Shown here: piece after piece, positions 26,039-33,657 of the stretch
Position numbering within the stretch: position 1 is the stretch's first letter
Layout of the letters: each line of letters opens with the position of its first letter
DNA from: Deltaproteobacteria bacterium
GTDB lineage: Bacteria; Desulfobacterota; Binatia; UBA9968
Reading direction: 5' to 3'
NCBI GenBank assembly: GCA_023250495.1
Contig: JAHFAP010000009.1
Coordinates: forward strand, 1-35,107
Length of the DNA: 35,107 bases
Made by a program: the position numbers and the translations under genes
Notes under the pieces: model-generated
Told to the model about the DNA's origin: nothing
Seen by the model: the letters and a program-made list of their open reading frames with translations, nothing else
The model's database searches: none

Positions 26039-29000
26039 ATGGCTGAGGTCCCAAAGCAAATAGCTGAGCTGCTGGCGAAGTTTGATCAGAACCTCGACGC
26101 CTACCGTAGCCCAGGTTATGGTGAGACCGAGGTGCGGGTGGAGTTTATCAACCCGTTTTTCGAAGCCCTCGGCTGGGATATCACTAATAGGGCCGGCTAT
26201 GCCGAAGCCTACAAGGACGTAATCCATGAGGATGCCATCAAAGTAGGGGGCGCCACCAAAGCACCGGACTATTCGTTCCGCGTCGGCGGCGCGCGCAAGT
26301 TCTTTTTAGAAGCCAAGAAGCCCGCCGTAACTATCAAAGACGACACCAGCCCCGCCTACCAACTGCGCCGCTACGCCTGGAGCGCAAAGCTGCCCCTTTC
26401 TATCCTCATCAACTTCGCAGAGTTTGCGGTCTACGACTGCCGCCTGCCGCCAAAAGAGACGGACAAGGCGAGCACGGGGAGAGTCCTGTACCTTACCTAC
26501 AAAGAATACGAGTCACGTTGGGAAGAGATCGCAAAGGTCTTTTCCAAAGAAGCGGTCCTACAGGGCTCCTTCGATAAGTTCGCCGAGTCCGGCAAAGGCA
26601 AACGGGGGACCTCTCCGGTCGATGCTCAATTCCTGGCGGAAATCGAAAGCTGGCGCGAGGCGCTGGCGAAAAACCTGGCTCTACGCAATCCCAGGCTTAG
26701 CGTGCGCGACCTCAACTTCGCCGTCCAGCGGACCATTGACCGGATCATCTTCCTCAGGATGTGTGAAGACAGGGGCATCGAGCACTACGGCCAGCTCCAA
26801 GCGCTCCTCAACGGCGAAAATACTTACAAAAGACTCCAGTACCTCTACGGCATTGCGGATGACAAGTACAACTCGGGCCTCTTTCATTTCAAGGAGGAAA
26901 AAGGGAGAGCTGAAGCGCCGGATGAGCTGACGCTAAAGCTCAAAATCGACGACAAGGTCCTGAAAGACATCATCCGGCGCCTCTACTATCCCGAGAGCCC
27001 CTACGAGTTCTCCGTTCTTGGCGCTGATATCCTTGGCAACGTCTACGAACAGTTCCTGGGCAAGGTCATCCGTCTCACCGCCGGCCATCACGCGGTTGTA
27101 GAGGAGAAGCCAGAGGTTAAAAAGGCCGGCGGTGTTTACTACACGCCCGCCTATATCGTGGACTACATAGTCAAGAACACCGTGGGCAAACTTTGTGAAG
27201 GCAAATCTCCTAAGCAGATCGAGAAGCTAAGGATCCTCGACCCTGCCTGCGGCTCCGGCTCGTTCCTGATCGGCGCCTACACCTCCCTGCTCAACTACCA
27301 CCTTGGTTGGTATGTTAACGATGGCCCGCAAAAGCACACCAAGGAAATCTACCAGGGCACAGGTGGCCAGTGGCGCCTCACTACACAGGAGAAAAAACGG
27401 ACTCTGCTCAACAATATCTATGGCGTGGACATCGATAGCCAGGCGGTCGAAGTAACCAAGCTCAGCCTTCTGCTAAAGGTTCTGGAAGGAGAATCTGAAG
27501 AAACAATAGGCAAGAATCTCAAGCTCTTCCGCGAACGCGCCCTGCCTGATCTCGGCAACAACATCAAGTGCGGCAACTCCCTCATCGGCCCTGACTTCTA
27601 CAAGAACCAGCAGATGAGTCTGCTCGATGAGGAGGAACGTTACCGCATCAATGTCTTCGACTGGAATTCCGAATTCCCTGCAATCATGAAATCCGGCGGC
27701 TTCGATGCAGTGATCGGCAATCCGCCGTGGGGCGTCGATTTCAGTGATGACGAGTTGGAATACTTCAGGCGTAAACACCGAGATATTATTGTCCGGATGA
27801 TTGACTCGTTCATGTTCTTCAGCGATAAGGCGCTGAGCTTAATGCGACTCAAGGGAATTTTTGGGATGATCTTGCCTGACGTCATTTTATATCAGGTTGA
27901 CAACCTTAAGCTCCGGAATCATCTTTTAAACGAGACTGCACTTACAAACATCGTGAATCTCGGTAATGATGTGTTCGCTAAGGTTACCCGCCCAAGTTGC
28001 ATATTGCTCTTTTGGAGGGGACAGAAAGAGGGCCTCGCCTCAGTAGCCAACCTCAGCCGCATCAACGGTAACGGCAAGGGGGAAGCACTTGGTGCCGCTC
28101 CAAATTTTGCCAAGATCAAACAGAGTGCCATTCGAGATATTCCTGGCCTCTTGTTCGTAACGGAAAACCTCGAACACTATTCATTGCTCTCACGTATTCA
28201 AAAAGTTCCCAACCAACCTCTAAGCGCCTTGGTTGACGACGACGGCATCCAGCGTGGTGTCAGCCCAGACTTACAAGAGGCTTTCGTCGTCACCCCCGAC
28301 ATCATCCGAAAGTACAAGCTAGAAAGAGAAAAGCTGAAACCGGTTCATACGGGTGGCAAGGAACTTGGGCGATACTTTATCAGGGAGTCTGGTCTATGGC
28401 TTATTTACACTTCTCGTGATGACGATTTCCGCCACATCCCGAATATTTGCAGATATATCCAGTCGTTCAAATCGCAGATAACTTGCCGCGAAGTGAAGGA
28501 GGGGAAACACCCACTCTTCGCGCTCCATCGACCGCGCAAAGAGTCGATATTCACAAAATCGCCAAAGGTCGTCGGTGTGATTACGGGGGATCGCGTCTCG
28601 GTTACGATTGACCGCGACGGGCTGTACTTCACAGATGGGTTGTACCTGTTTTCCTTAAAGAACAGTTCCTTGCTTAACTATGCCGTCGGCATTCTAAATT
28701 CTCGACTGTTTATATTCTTATACCGGCTTTTATCGTTAGAGTCAGGACGTGTGCTTGCTCAGGTAAAACCGGCAATTCTGGACAATCTGCCGATGTGCAA
28801 AGTTGACTTGTCGGATCAATCGGACAGGGCTCGCTACGAGGGAATAAGTGTTCTTGTCGAGCGGATGCTGGACCTACACAAGCAGTTGGCTGCCGCAAAG
28901 AACCCGAACGACAAGACCCACCTTCAGCGCGAGATCGAGGCCACCGACCGCCAGATCGACCAACTCGTCTACGAACTGTACGGCCTGACAGAGGAAGAAA

Positions 29001-29059
29001 TCAAAGTCGTGGAAGAGGCAGCAAAAGACAAAGGGGTCAGGTCTGCCGTTGGCTTTTAA
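26039..29059 (+). CDS. Type IIG restriction-modification enzyme (single chain: PD-(D/E)xK nuclease + gamma-class N6-adenine methyltransferase + C-terminal specificity domain)
   Basis: The N-terminus is HsdR_N/Mrr-like (EVRVEFINPFFEALGWDI...APDYSF...FLEAKKP, i.e. D...ExK). The SAM motif I is ILDPACGSGSFLIGAY. The catalytic motif IV is VIGNPPWG (nt 27716-27730). The C-terminal tail LVYELYGLTEEEIKVVEE is typical of Eco57I/TaqI_C-type proteins. Confidence 0.85.
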   Translation: MAEVPKQIAELLAKFDQNLDAYRSPGYGETEVRVEFINPFFEALGWDITNRAGYAEAYKDVIHEDAIKVGGATKAPDYSFRVGGARKFFLEAKKPAVTIKDDTSPAYQLRRYAWSAKLPLSILINFAEFAVYDCRLPPKETDKASTGRVLYLTYKEYESRWEEIAKVFSKEAVLQGSFDKFAESGKGKRGTSPVDAQFLAEIESWREALAKNLALRNPRLSVRDLNFAVQRTIDRIIFLRMCEDRGIEHYGQLQALLNGENTYKRLQYLYGIADDKYNSGLFHFKEEKGRAEAPDELTLKLKIDDKVLKDIIRRLYYPESPYEFSVLGADILGNVYEQFLGKVIRLTAGHHAVVEEKPEVKKAGGVYYTPAYIVDYIVKNTVGKLCEGKSPKQIEKLRILDPACGSGSFLIGAYTSLLNYHLGWYVNDGPQKHTKEIYQGTGGQWRLTTQEKKRTLLNNIYGVDIDSQAVEVTKLSLLLKVLEGESEETIGKNLKLFRERALPDLGNNIKCGNSLIGPDFYKNQQMSLLDEEERYRINVFDWNSEFPAIMKSGGFDAVIGNPPWGVDFSDDELEYFRRKHRDIIVRMIDSFMFFSDKALSLMRLKGIFGMILPDVILYQVDNLKLRNHLLNETALTNIVNLGNDVFAKVTRPSCILLFWRGQKEGLASVANLSRINGNGKGEALGAAPNFAKIKQSAIRDIPGLLFVTENLEHYSLLSRIQKVPNQPLSALVDDDGIQRGVSPDLQEAFVVTPDIIRKYKLEREKLKPVHTGGKELGRYFIRESGLWLIYTSRDDDFRHIPNICRYIQSFKSQITCREVKEGKHPLFALHRPRKESIFTKSPKVVGVITGDRVSVTIDRDGLYFTDGLYLFSLKNSSLLNYAVGILNSRLFIFLYRLLSLESGRVLAQVKPAILDNLPMCKVDLSDQSDRARYEGISVLVERMLDLHKQLAAAKNPNDKTHLQREIEATDRQIDQLVYELYGLTEEEIKVVEEAAKDKGVRSAVGF

Positions 29060-29151
29060 CGAAGATAGGGAAATCTGAGGTTTGGCTTGAATACGTGAAT
29101 GGAGGAAGTGACCGATCCAGAAATCAGTTTTGAGAGGGCAGCCCGGGGTCG

Positions 29152-29262
29152 GGCTTTCAATTCTTCCGTTTCTTCCTTGCACGATTAATCCTCCCGTTTG
29201 AGAATAGAAGCTCGACGTTTGGCTTGGTGAAACCCTACGGAAGTTGGGCTATAGTGACGGTT
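29152..29262. repeat. R element copy 1 (~110-nt conserved upstream element)
   Basis: It aligns with 30529-30640. There is a 51-nt identical core, cgattaatcctcccgtttgagaatagaagctcgacgtttggcttggtgaaa (29182-29232), and a conserved TATAGT box about 25 nt upstream of the ATG at 29276. Confidence 0.85.
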
Positions 29263-29275
29263 ACGGAGGTTTAAC

Positions 29276-29548
29276 ATGACACGAGCCGCTAGGGATATTG
29301 TCAAAGCAGCTATCCAGTTGCTGGAAAATGAGCGAGTGCATGTAGTCGAGCAACTTCTGGCTAGCCTAGAGCCGGAATCTGACGAGGACGTAGATTCAGC
29401 ATGGGCTGCTGAAATCGAAAAACGTTCGCGGCAGATAAAAGAGAGAACAGTGAGTTTAATCCCTTGGGAGGAAGTAAAATCGCAGGCAAGAAAGCGGGCT
29501 CGTGCCGCAAACCAAGGTCGTCAGCACCAGAGAAGACTTTGTCAATAA
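29276..29548 (+). CDS. Addiction-module antitoxin-like protein (Unstab_antitox / TIGR02574-like), apparently orphan
   Basis: ...LLENERVHVVEQLLASLEPESDEDVDSAWAAEIEKRSRQIKERTVSLIPWEEVK matches the consensus of this antitoxin family. SD ggagg lies 7 nt upstream. No RelE/ParE-like ORF follows. Confidence 0.7.
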   Translation: MTRAARDIVKAAIQLLENERVHVVEQLLASLEPESDEDVDSAWAAEIEKRSRQIKERTVSLIPWEEVKSQARKRARAANQGRQHQRRLCQ

Positions 29549-29700
29549 TGCATAAGGAGGTAGTTTCACGTGGCTAAATCAGAAAAATTGGCGGACGGTT
29601 TTTTAACGGCTATTCGGTCTCTTCCAAAGCAGGAGAGAGAACTCATAGTGAAGAAAAGGGGTCGGGAGTTTTTTCGCGGACTGTCTAGACGCTCACGCGC

Positions 29701-29790
29701 TCATACCGCTTTGCGAAGATGCCGCGCCCGAACTTTCCGGGCAAACTCATGGAGCTCTGCCCTGTGCTCGCGGATATACTTCTCTAGCTC
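29701..29790 (-). pseudogene. Truncated 3' fragment of a paralog of the 89-aa gene at 31430-31699
   Basis: The minus strand reads ELEKYIREHRAELHEFARKVRARHLRKAV*, against AVEKYIREHGAELHEFARKVRERHLRKAV* in the intact copy (about 80% nt identity over ~95 nt). An in-frame TAA at 29791-29793 marks the 5' limit of the fragment, and similarity to the intact copy fades within the adjacent codons. Confidence 0.8.
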
Positions 29791-29816
29791 TTAGGCGAAT
29801 CCAATTTTTTTATTGT

Positions 29817-30248
29817 TTATCCCACCAGGATGCGCAGAGAAAAACCTTTGTGGCGGCGGATGAGCCGGAAATCGTCCCTGTTGTAGGTTAAAAGAGTTGC
29901 GCCGATCCTGCGCGCGCAAAGAGCGATGAGGATATCGTTGAGCAGGGCAGGGAGCTTGGATCGCCAACCCCGCTCTCTTTCCTCGATAGCCCCCACGACG
30001 GCGGACGCCTCCACCCAATCTTCAAAGGTAGGGGTTACGAGCCGTCCGGTGCGTTCCATCGGACGGATAAACTCTCCCACCAGACTCCGGGTCGGGCGAT
30101 TTTGCGCGTTTACGTAAAGCTCGTAGGCAACGACGGAAGATAGAAAGGTAGCGGGCAGGAGAGGGAAAAAAGTTCGTCGAAATTGGGTCCTTTTATCCTC
30201 GGATCGAACGGCCTCTAGATAGACATTGGTATCCAGAAGGTACTTCAC
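29817..30248 (-). CDS. vapC: PIN-domain toxin VapC
   Basis: 143 aa. It begins MKYLLDTNVY (first acidic residue), with later conserved D/E positions. There is a 4-nt overlap with the upstream antitoxin gene. Confidence 0.85.
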   Translation of the reverse strand: MKYLLDTNVYLEAVRSEDKRTQFRRTFFPLLPATFLSSVVAYELYVNAQNRPTRSLVGEFIRPMERTGRLVTPTFEDWVEASAVVGAIEERERGWRSKLPALLNDILIALCARRIGATLLTYNRDDFRLIRRHKGFSLRILVG

Positions 30249-30439
30249 CGATAGATCGTCCGAAAGCTGCCTCCTCGGAGCAGCCGGTCTAACGACTCCT
30301 CAATTTCCCGGTCCTCGACGGTCTTTTGCAGCGCCTTCTGGATAGCCTCGGTATCCGTTTTTACGTTGAACAGCCGACGAACTTTGTGAATGATCTCTTC
30401 ATCAAGGTTATATGTTTTCTTTTTGACTGTCGCTTTCAT
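30245..30439 (-). CDS. vapB: VapB-type antitoxin (DUF2191-like)
   Basis: 64 aa. The pattern KKKTYNLDEEIIHKVRRLFNVKTDTEAIQKALQ fits this family, and the gene is translationally coupled to vapC. Confidence 0.75.
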   Translation of the reverse strand: MKATVKKKTYNLDEEIIHKVRRLFNVKTDTEAIQKALQKTVEDREIEESLDRLLRGGSFRTIYR

Positions 30440-30466
30440 ATCGTCTCCCCTCCATATCGTACAGAC

Positions 30467-30495
30467 AAACTAGCAGTCCTATCCATATCTGTCAA
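30467..30495 (-). promoter_or_regulatory. Candidate vapBC promoter
   Basis: On the minus strand: TTGACA (30495-30490), a 17-nt spacer, then TAGTTT (30472-30467). GATATGGA occurs twice across and after the promoter and may be an operator. Confidence 0.5.
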
Positions 30496-30528
30496 TTGGG
30501 TCAGGTTTTTCGTGAGATGTCAGACTCC

Positions 30529-30640
30529 GGCTTTCAAATATTGCGTTTCTTCCTTGCTCGATTAATCCTCCCGTTTGAGAATAGAAGCTCGACGTTTGGC
30601 TTGGTGAAAACCCCTCGCAGATAGGTTATAGTGCCGTTTA
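30529..30640. repeat. R element copy 2
   Basis: See copy 1. The identical core lies at 30559-30609 and the conserved TATAGT at 30626-30631, upstream of the MNT gene. Confidence 0.85.
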
Positions 30641-30681
30641 TGAGGTTATAGGAGAGCGTAAGGTCTCAAGGGGATTGTTCA

Positions 30682-31002
30682 ATGATAAAAAGCAAGGAAA
30701 AGGAGATTGTTCAGCGATTCAAAGAAAGGGTAACCGAAGCCCTGGGGGACCGTCTGGATCGAATCGTGCTCTTCGGCTCCCGAGCCCGAGGGGACGCCGA
30801 GGAAGACTCGGACTTTGATTTCCTGGTTACGGTTCAGAAGCCGCAGGTAGACGATAAAGACCGCGTACGGCAGATTTCCTGGGAACTCTCCCTTCAATAC
30901 GATACCGTCATCACGCCCTTAGTGGTCCTCAGCGAGGACTTCGTAGAGGAGAAGTATTTTTATCTCCACGAGAATATTCACAAAGAGGGAAGGGTCGTTT
31001 GA
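30682..31002 (+). CDS. Minimal nucleotidyltransferase (MNT-type antitoxin)
   Basis: It carries GSRARGDAEEDSDFDFLV (the GSxxRG...DxD pol-beta NTase motif) in 106 aa. Confidence 0.85.
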   Translation: MIKSKEKEIVQRFKERVTEALGDRLDRIVLFGSRARGDAEEDSDFDFLVTVQKPQVDDKDRVRQISWELSLQYDTVITPLVVLSEDFVEEKYFYLHENIHKEGRVV

Positions 31003-31412
31003 AAATTGAAAACCGCCAGAAGCTTGTCCGCATTTTACTTGAAAAGTCTCGAAAGAGTCTGGAAGCTGCAACCACGCTACTGAGAGACGGCTTTTCCGAG
31101 TCCGCTGTATCCCGTGCCTATTATGCCGCGTTTTACCTTGCGCAAGCCGCCCTCGCAACTAAGGATATATCAAGGAATAAACACTCCGGAGTTATTGCCG
31201 CGTTTGGGGAAAACCTGGCGAAAAGATCCATCCTTCCGGACAAGCTTCACAAACTCCTCAGAAATCTTTACGAACTCCGCATCACCTCTGATTACAGCAT
31301 TGAAGACGAGCCTTCTACCCAAGAGGCCAAGGAGGCTCTCGCAACAGCCAAGGAGTTTGCAACGGTAGTCGAGGCTTATCTCGAAAGCTGGCTAAAAGCG
31401 GACTCAGAGTAA
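30999..31412 (+). CDS. HEPN-domain protein (partner of MNT)
   Basis: The TTG start overlaps the MNT stop (TTGA). It is a four-helix HEPN-like pattern with SRAYYAAFYLAQAAL, KHSGVIAAF and LYELRITSDYS (R...DY). Confidence 0.8.
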   Translation: MKIENRQKLVRILLEKSRKSLEAATTLLRDGFSESAVSRAYYAAFYLAQAALATKDISRNKHSGVIAAFGENLAKRSILPDKLHKLLRNLYELRITSDYSIEDEPSTQEAKEALATAKEFATVVEAYLESWLKADSE

Positions 31413-31429
31413 CAGTCTCTACCGCACTC

Positions 31430-31699
31430 TCACACTGCCTTGCGAAGGTGGCGCTCCCGGACTTTCCGCGCAAACTCATGGAGTTCGGCCCCGTGCTCCC
31501 GGATGTACTTCTCTACGGCTGGCTCTGTCTCAACCGGATAGACCCCAATCATCCGCACCTCGTCAATCAATCGCTGCTCGAATTCTTCACGCTTTGTCGA
31601 GGTGAAGAGCTCTAGCTCGGACTCCGCAATCAAGTTCTCCAGCGTCTTCTCTATCGAATCCTGTACGAACCAGTCGTTCTTGAGCATGTTTTGAACCAT
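31430..31699 (-). CDS. Hypothetical acidic 89-aa protein, no family recognised
   Basis: It is an intact ORF convergent with the HEPN gene. Its C-terminal 29 aa are duplicated, in truncated form, at 29701-29790. Confidence 0.55.
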   Translation of the reverse strand: MVQNMLKNDWFVQDSIEKTLENLIAESELELFTSTKREEFEQRLIDEVRMIGVYPVETEPAVEKYIREHGAELHEFARKVRERHLRKAV

Positions 31700-31828
31700 A
31701 GCACAGCTAGCCTGAACTGGTGAAGGGGAGAGAGCTTATGGTATGATGATCGAAATTACCGGTCGGGATGCCCGCTATGACCACCGCACCTCGGAAGGTT
31801 TCGTCTAAATGTGAGAGGTGAAAATTCC

Positions 31829-32161
31829 ATGAACGGAAATACTAAGACTCGGGCTGTGATTCAAAAAATCGTCCACAGTTTAGTTGCCGGGTACACGCCT
31901 GAGAAGATCATCCTCTTTGGCTCCTATGCCTACGGGCAGCCGGATGCGGACAGCGACATTGATCTCTTGATCATCAAAGCGACACGGGAGCGTTTCCTTG
32001 AACGCCTGGATACCGTACGGCGATTGGCCACTGGAAGCCACCCCCACATTCCGTTTGAGCCGATAGTTCTAACGCCAGAGGAGATCGAGCAGCGCCTGAA
32101 AGCTGGAGACCAATTCGTTAGCGAGATCCTCCAAAAGGGCGAAGTCCTCTATGCCGTCTAG
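31829..32161 (+). CDS. Minimal nucleotidyltransferase (MNT-type antitoxin), second copy
   Basis: It carries GSYAYGQPDADSDIDLLI. ATG at 31829 is preceded by gagaggtg. The ORF track starts at GTG 31811. Confidence 0.85.
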   Translation: MNGNTKTRAVIQKIVHSLVAGYTPEKIILFGSYAYGQPDADSDIDLLIIKATRERFLERLDTVRRLATGSHPHIPFEPIVLTPEEIEQRLKAGDQFVSEILQKGEVLYAV

Positions 32162-32543
32162 GGAGTCCCGTTATCCGAAGGATTGGCTCGCCCTTGGCGA
32201 GAAGGACCTCGTCCGGGTGAACAGGTCTCTCCGCGACAAAGACCCGGAGCTCGCTGCCTTCTGTCTGCAACAGGCAGTTGAGAAATTTCTTAAGGCGTTC
32301 CTGCTCTCGAAGGGTTGGAAGCTCCGGCGAATTCACGATCTAGAAGCCCTTCTTGACGATGCCATGGCATACGATTCATCTCTGGATCAATTTCGCAATG
32401 TTTGCCAAAAGATCACCAACTACTACGTCGTGGAGCGCTACCCTCTAGCCGTCGGAACTGAATTTACAGAGGAGACGATTCGCGCTTCGCTTGAAGCCGC
32501 AGGCCGGCTGTTTGAGAAAATTCGTAAAGAGTTGGGCTGCTAA
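32151..32543 (+). CDS. HEPN-domain protein, second copy
   Basis: It overlaps the MNT gene by 11 nt. LQQAVEKFLKAFLL, RRIHDLEALL and YYVVERYP (the RYP motif of PF05168-type HEPN) are present. Confidence 0.85.
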   Translation: MPSRESRYPKDWLALGEKDLVRVNRSLRDKDPELAAFCLQQAVEKFLKAFLLSKGWKLRRIHDLEALLDDAMAYDSSLDQFRNVCQKITNYYVVERYPLAVGTEFTEETIRASLEAAGRLFEKIRKELGC

Positions 32544-32652
32544 GAATCGCTTAATCGGCTAAAAGCTTCATCGAATAACGGACGTTTTCCCTTTGCCCTT
32601 GAGAAACCGCCATCATTCTGTTAACCATTTTCTTGATCTCTTTGGCGACGCC

Positions 32653-33657
32653 ATGAAATTTCCTCTCCACTTAGAAAGCAAATGGGGCGGCAAACGCTAT
32701 AACTCCTTCAACCGCGTTCTCAAGGGTACTTTCGCCGCCCGGGTGCACAAGGTCGGCGTGAGAATGGACTTCACCTGTCCGAACCGAGATGGACGGGTCG
32801 CTACGGGGGGCTGCACCTACTGCAACAACGCGGGCCACACGCCTCGAGGATTTCACCCCGGCATGTCCGTAAAAGAACAGTTAGAACAAGGGACCGAGGC
32901 GATCAGGCGCCGTCACCGGGCCGAGAAATTCATCGCCTACTTTCAGAGTTACACGAATTCCTACGGGCCGGTGAGCAAACTGGAAAGACTCTATCGCGAG
33001 GCGCTGGATTTTCCCGGCGTGGTGGGTCTGGCCATCGCCACGCGGCCTGACTGCGTGCCGGATGACGTGCTCGATCTCGTGGCCGGTTTGGCGCGCCACA
33101 CCTACCTCTGGTTGGAGCTTGGGCTGGAATCGATGCATGATAAAACGCTTCAATGGGTGAACCGCGGCCATGGCCTGAGAGAGTTTCTCGACGCGGTCGA
33201 GCGCAGCAAGGCGAGGAGATTGCGGGTATGCACACATTTGATTCTGGGCTTTCCCACTGAAAGCCGCGAAGAGATCCTGCAAACGCCGGCGCTGTTGAAC
33301 CGCATGAAAATTGACGGCGTGAAACTCCACAACCTGCACGTCATCAAGAACACGGTTCTGGAGCAGATTTACCTTTCCGGGGCCTTCGAGCTCTTTGGGC
33401 GCGAGGCTTACGTTGCCCTCGCGGTCGATTTTCTCGAACGGCTCGCGCCGGAAATCGTCATCCATCGCCTGACCGGAGAGACCTACCGGGAGCTCACCGT
33501 GGCGCCTGATTGGTCGATCAACAAGATCGGCGTGCTCAATGCGATTCACGAGGAGCTTGAAAGAAGAGACAGCTGGCAGGGAAAGGCATGCGCTGAAAGA
33601 TCTGTCATGGGGCTCGAGCGAACGGTTCAGGTCGGGACGGAGGCGGTGACGCCGTGA
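32653..33657 (+). CDS. TIGR01212-family (YhcC-like) radical SAM protein
   Basis: The start is ATG at 32653 (MKFPLHLESKWGGKRYNSF). DFTCPNRDGRVATGGCTYCNN is the atypical Cys cluster of this family. Confidence 0.85.
   Translation: MKFPLHLESKWGGKRYNSFNRVLKGTFAARVHKVGVRMDFTCPNRDGRVATGGCTYCNNAGHTPRGFHPGMSVKEQLEQGTEAIRRRHRAEKFIAYFQSYTNSYGPVSKLERLYREALDFPGVVGLAIATRPDCVPDDVLDLVAGLARHTYLWLELGLESMHDKTLQWVNRGHGLREFLDAVERSKARRLRVCTHLILGFPTESREEILQTPALLNRMKIDGVKLHNLHVIKNTVLEQIYLSGAFELFGREAYVALAVDFLERLAPEIVIHRLTGETYRELTVAPDWSINKIGVLNAIHEELERRDSWQGKACAERSVMGLERTVQVGTEAVTP

Noticed and set aside
28874-29182. 102-aa minus-strand ORF starting with GTG after a GGGAGG inside R element copy 1
   Set aside because: In R copy 2 the GTG is GAG, so the start is not conserved. 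The ORF runs antisense through the 3' end of the R-M gene.
29570-29794. 74-aa ORF as a bona fide toxin partner of the addiction-module antitoxin
   Set aside because: Its C-terminal half is the antisense strand of a truncated gene fragment, and its N-terminus does not resemble RelE/ParE. I treat it as a recombination chimera.
29152-30640. R elements as integron attC sites (a gene-cassette array)
   Set aside because: No intI or attI is present in the window. The cassettes are in mixed orientation and carry their own promoters. I could not find RYYYAAC/GTTRRRY core sites at the element ends.
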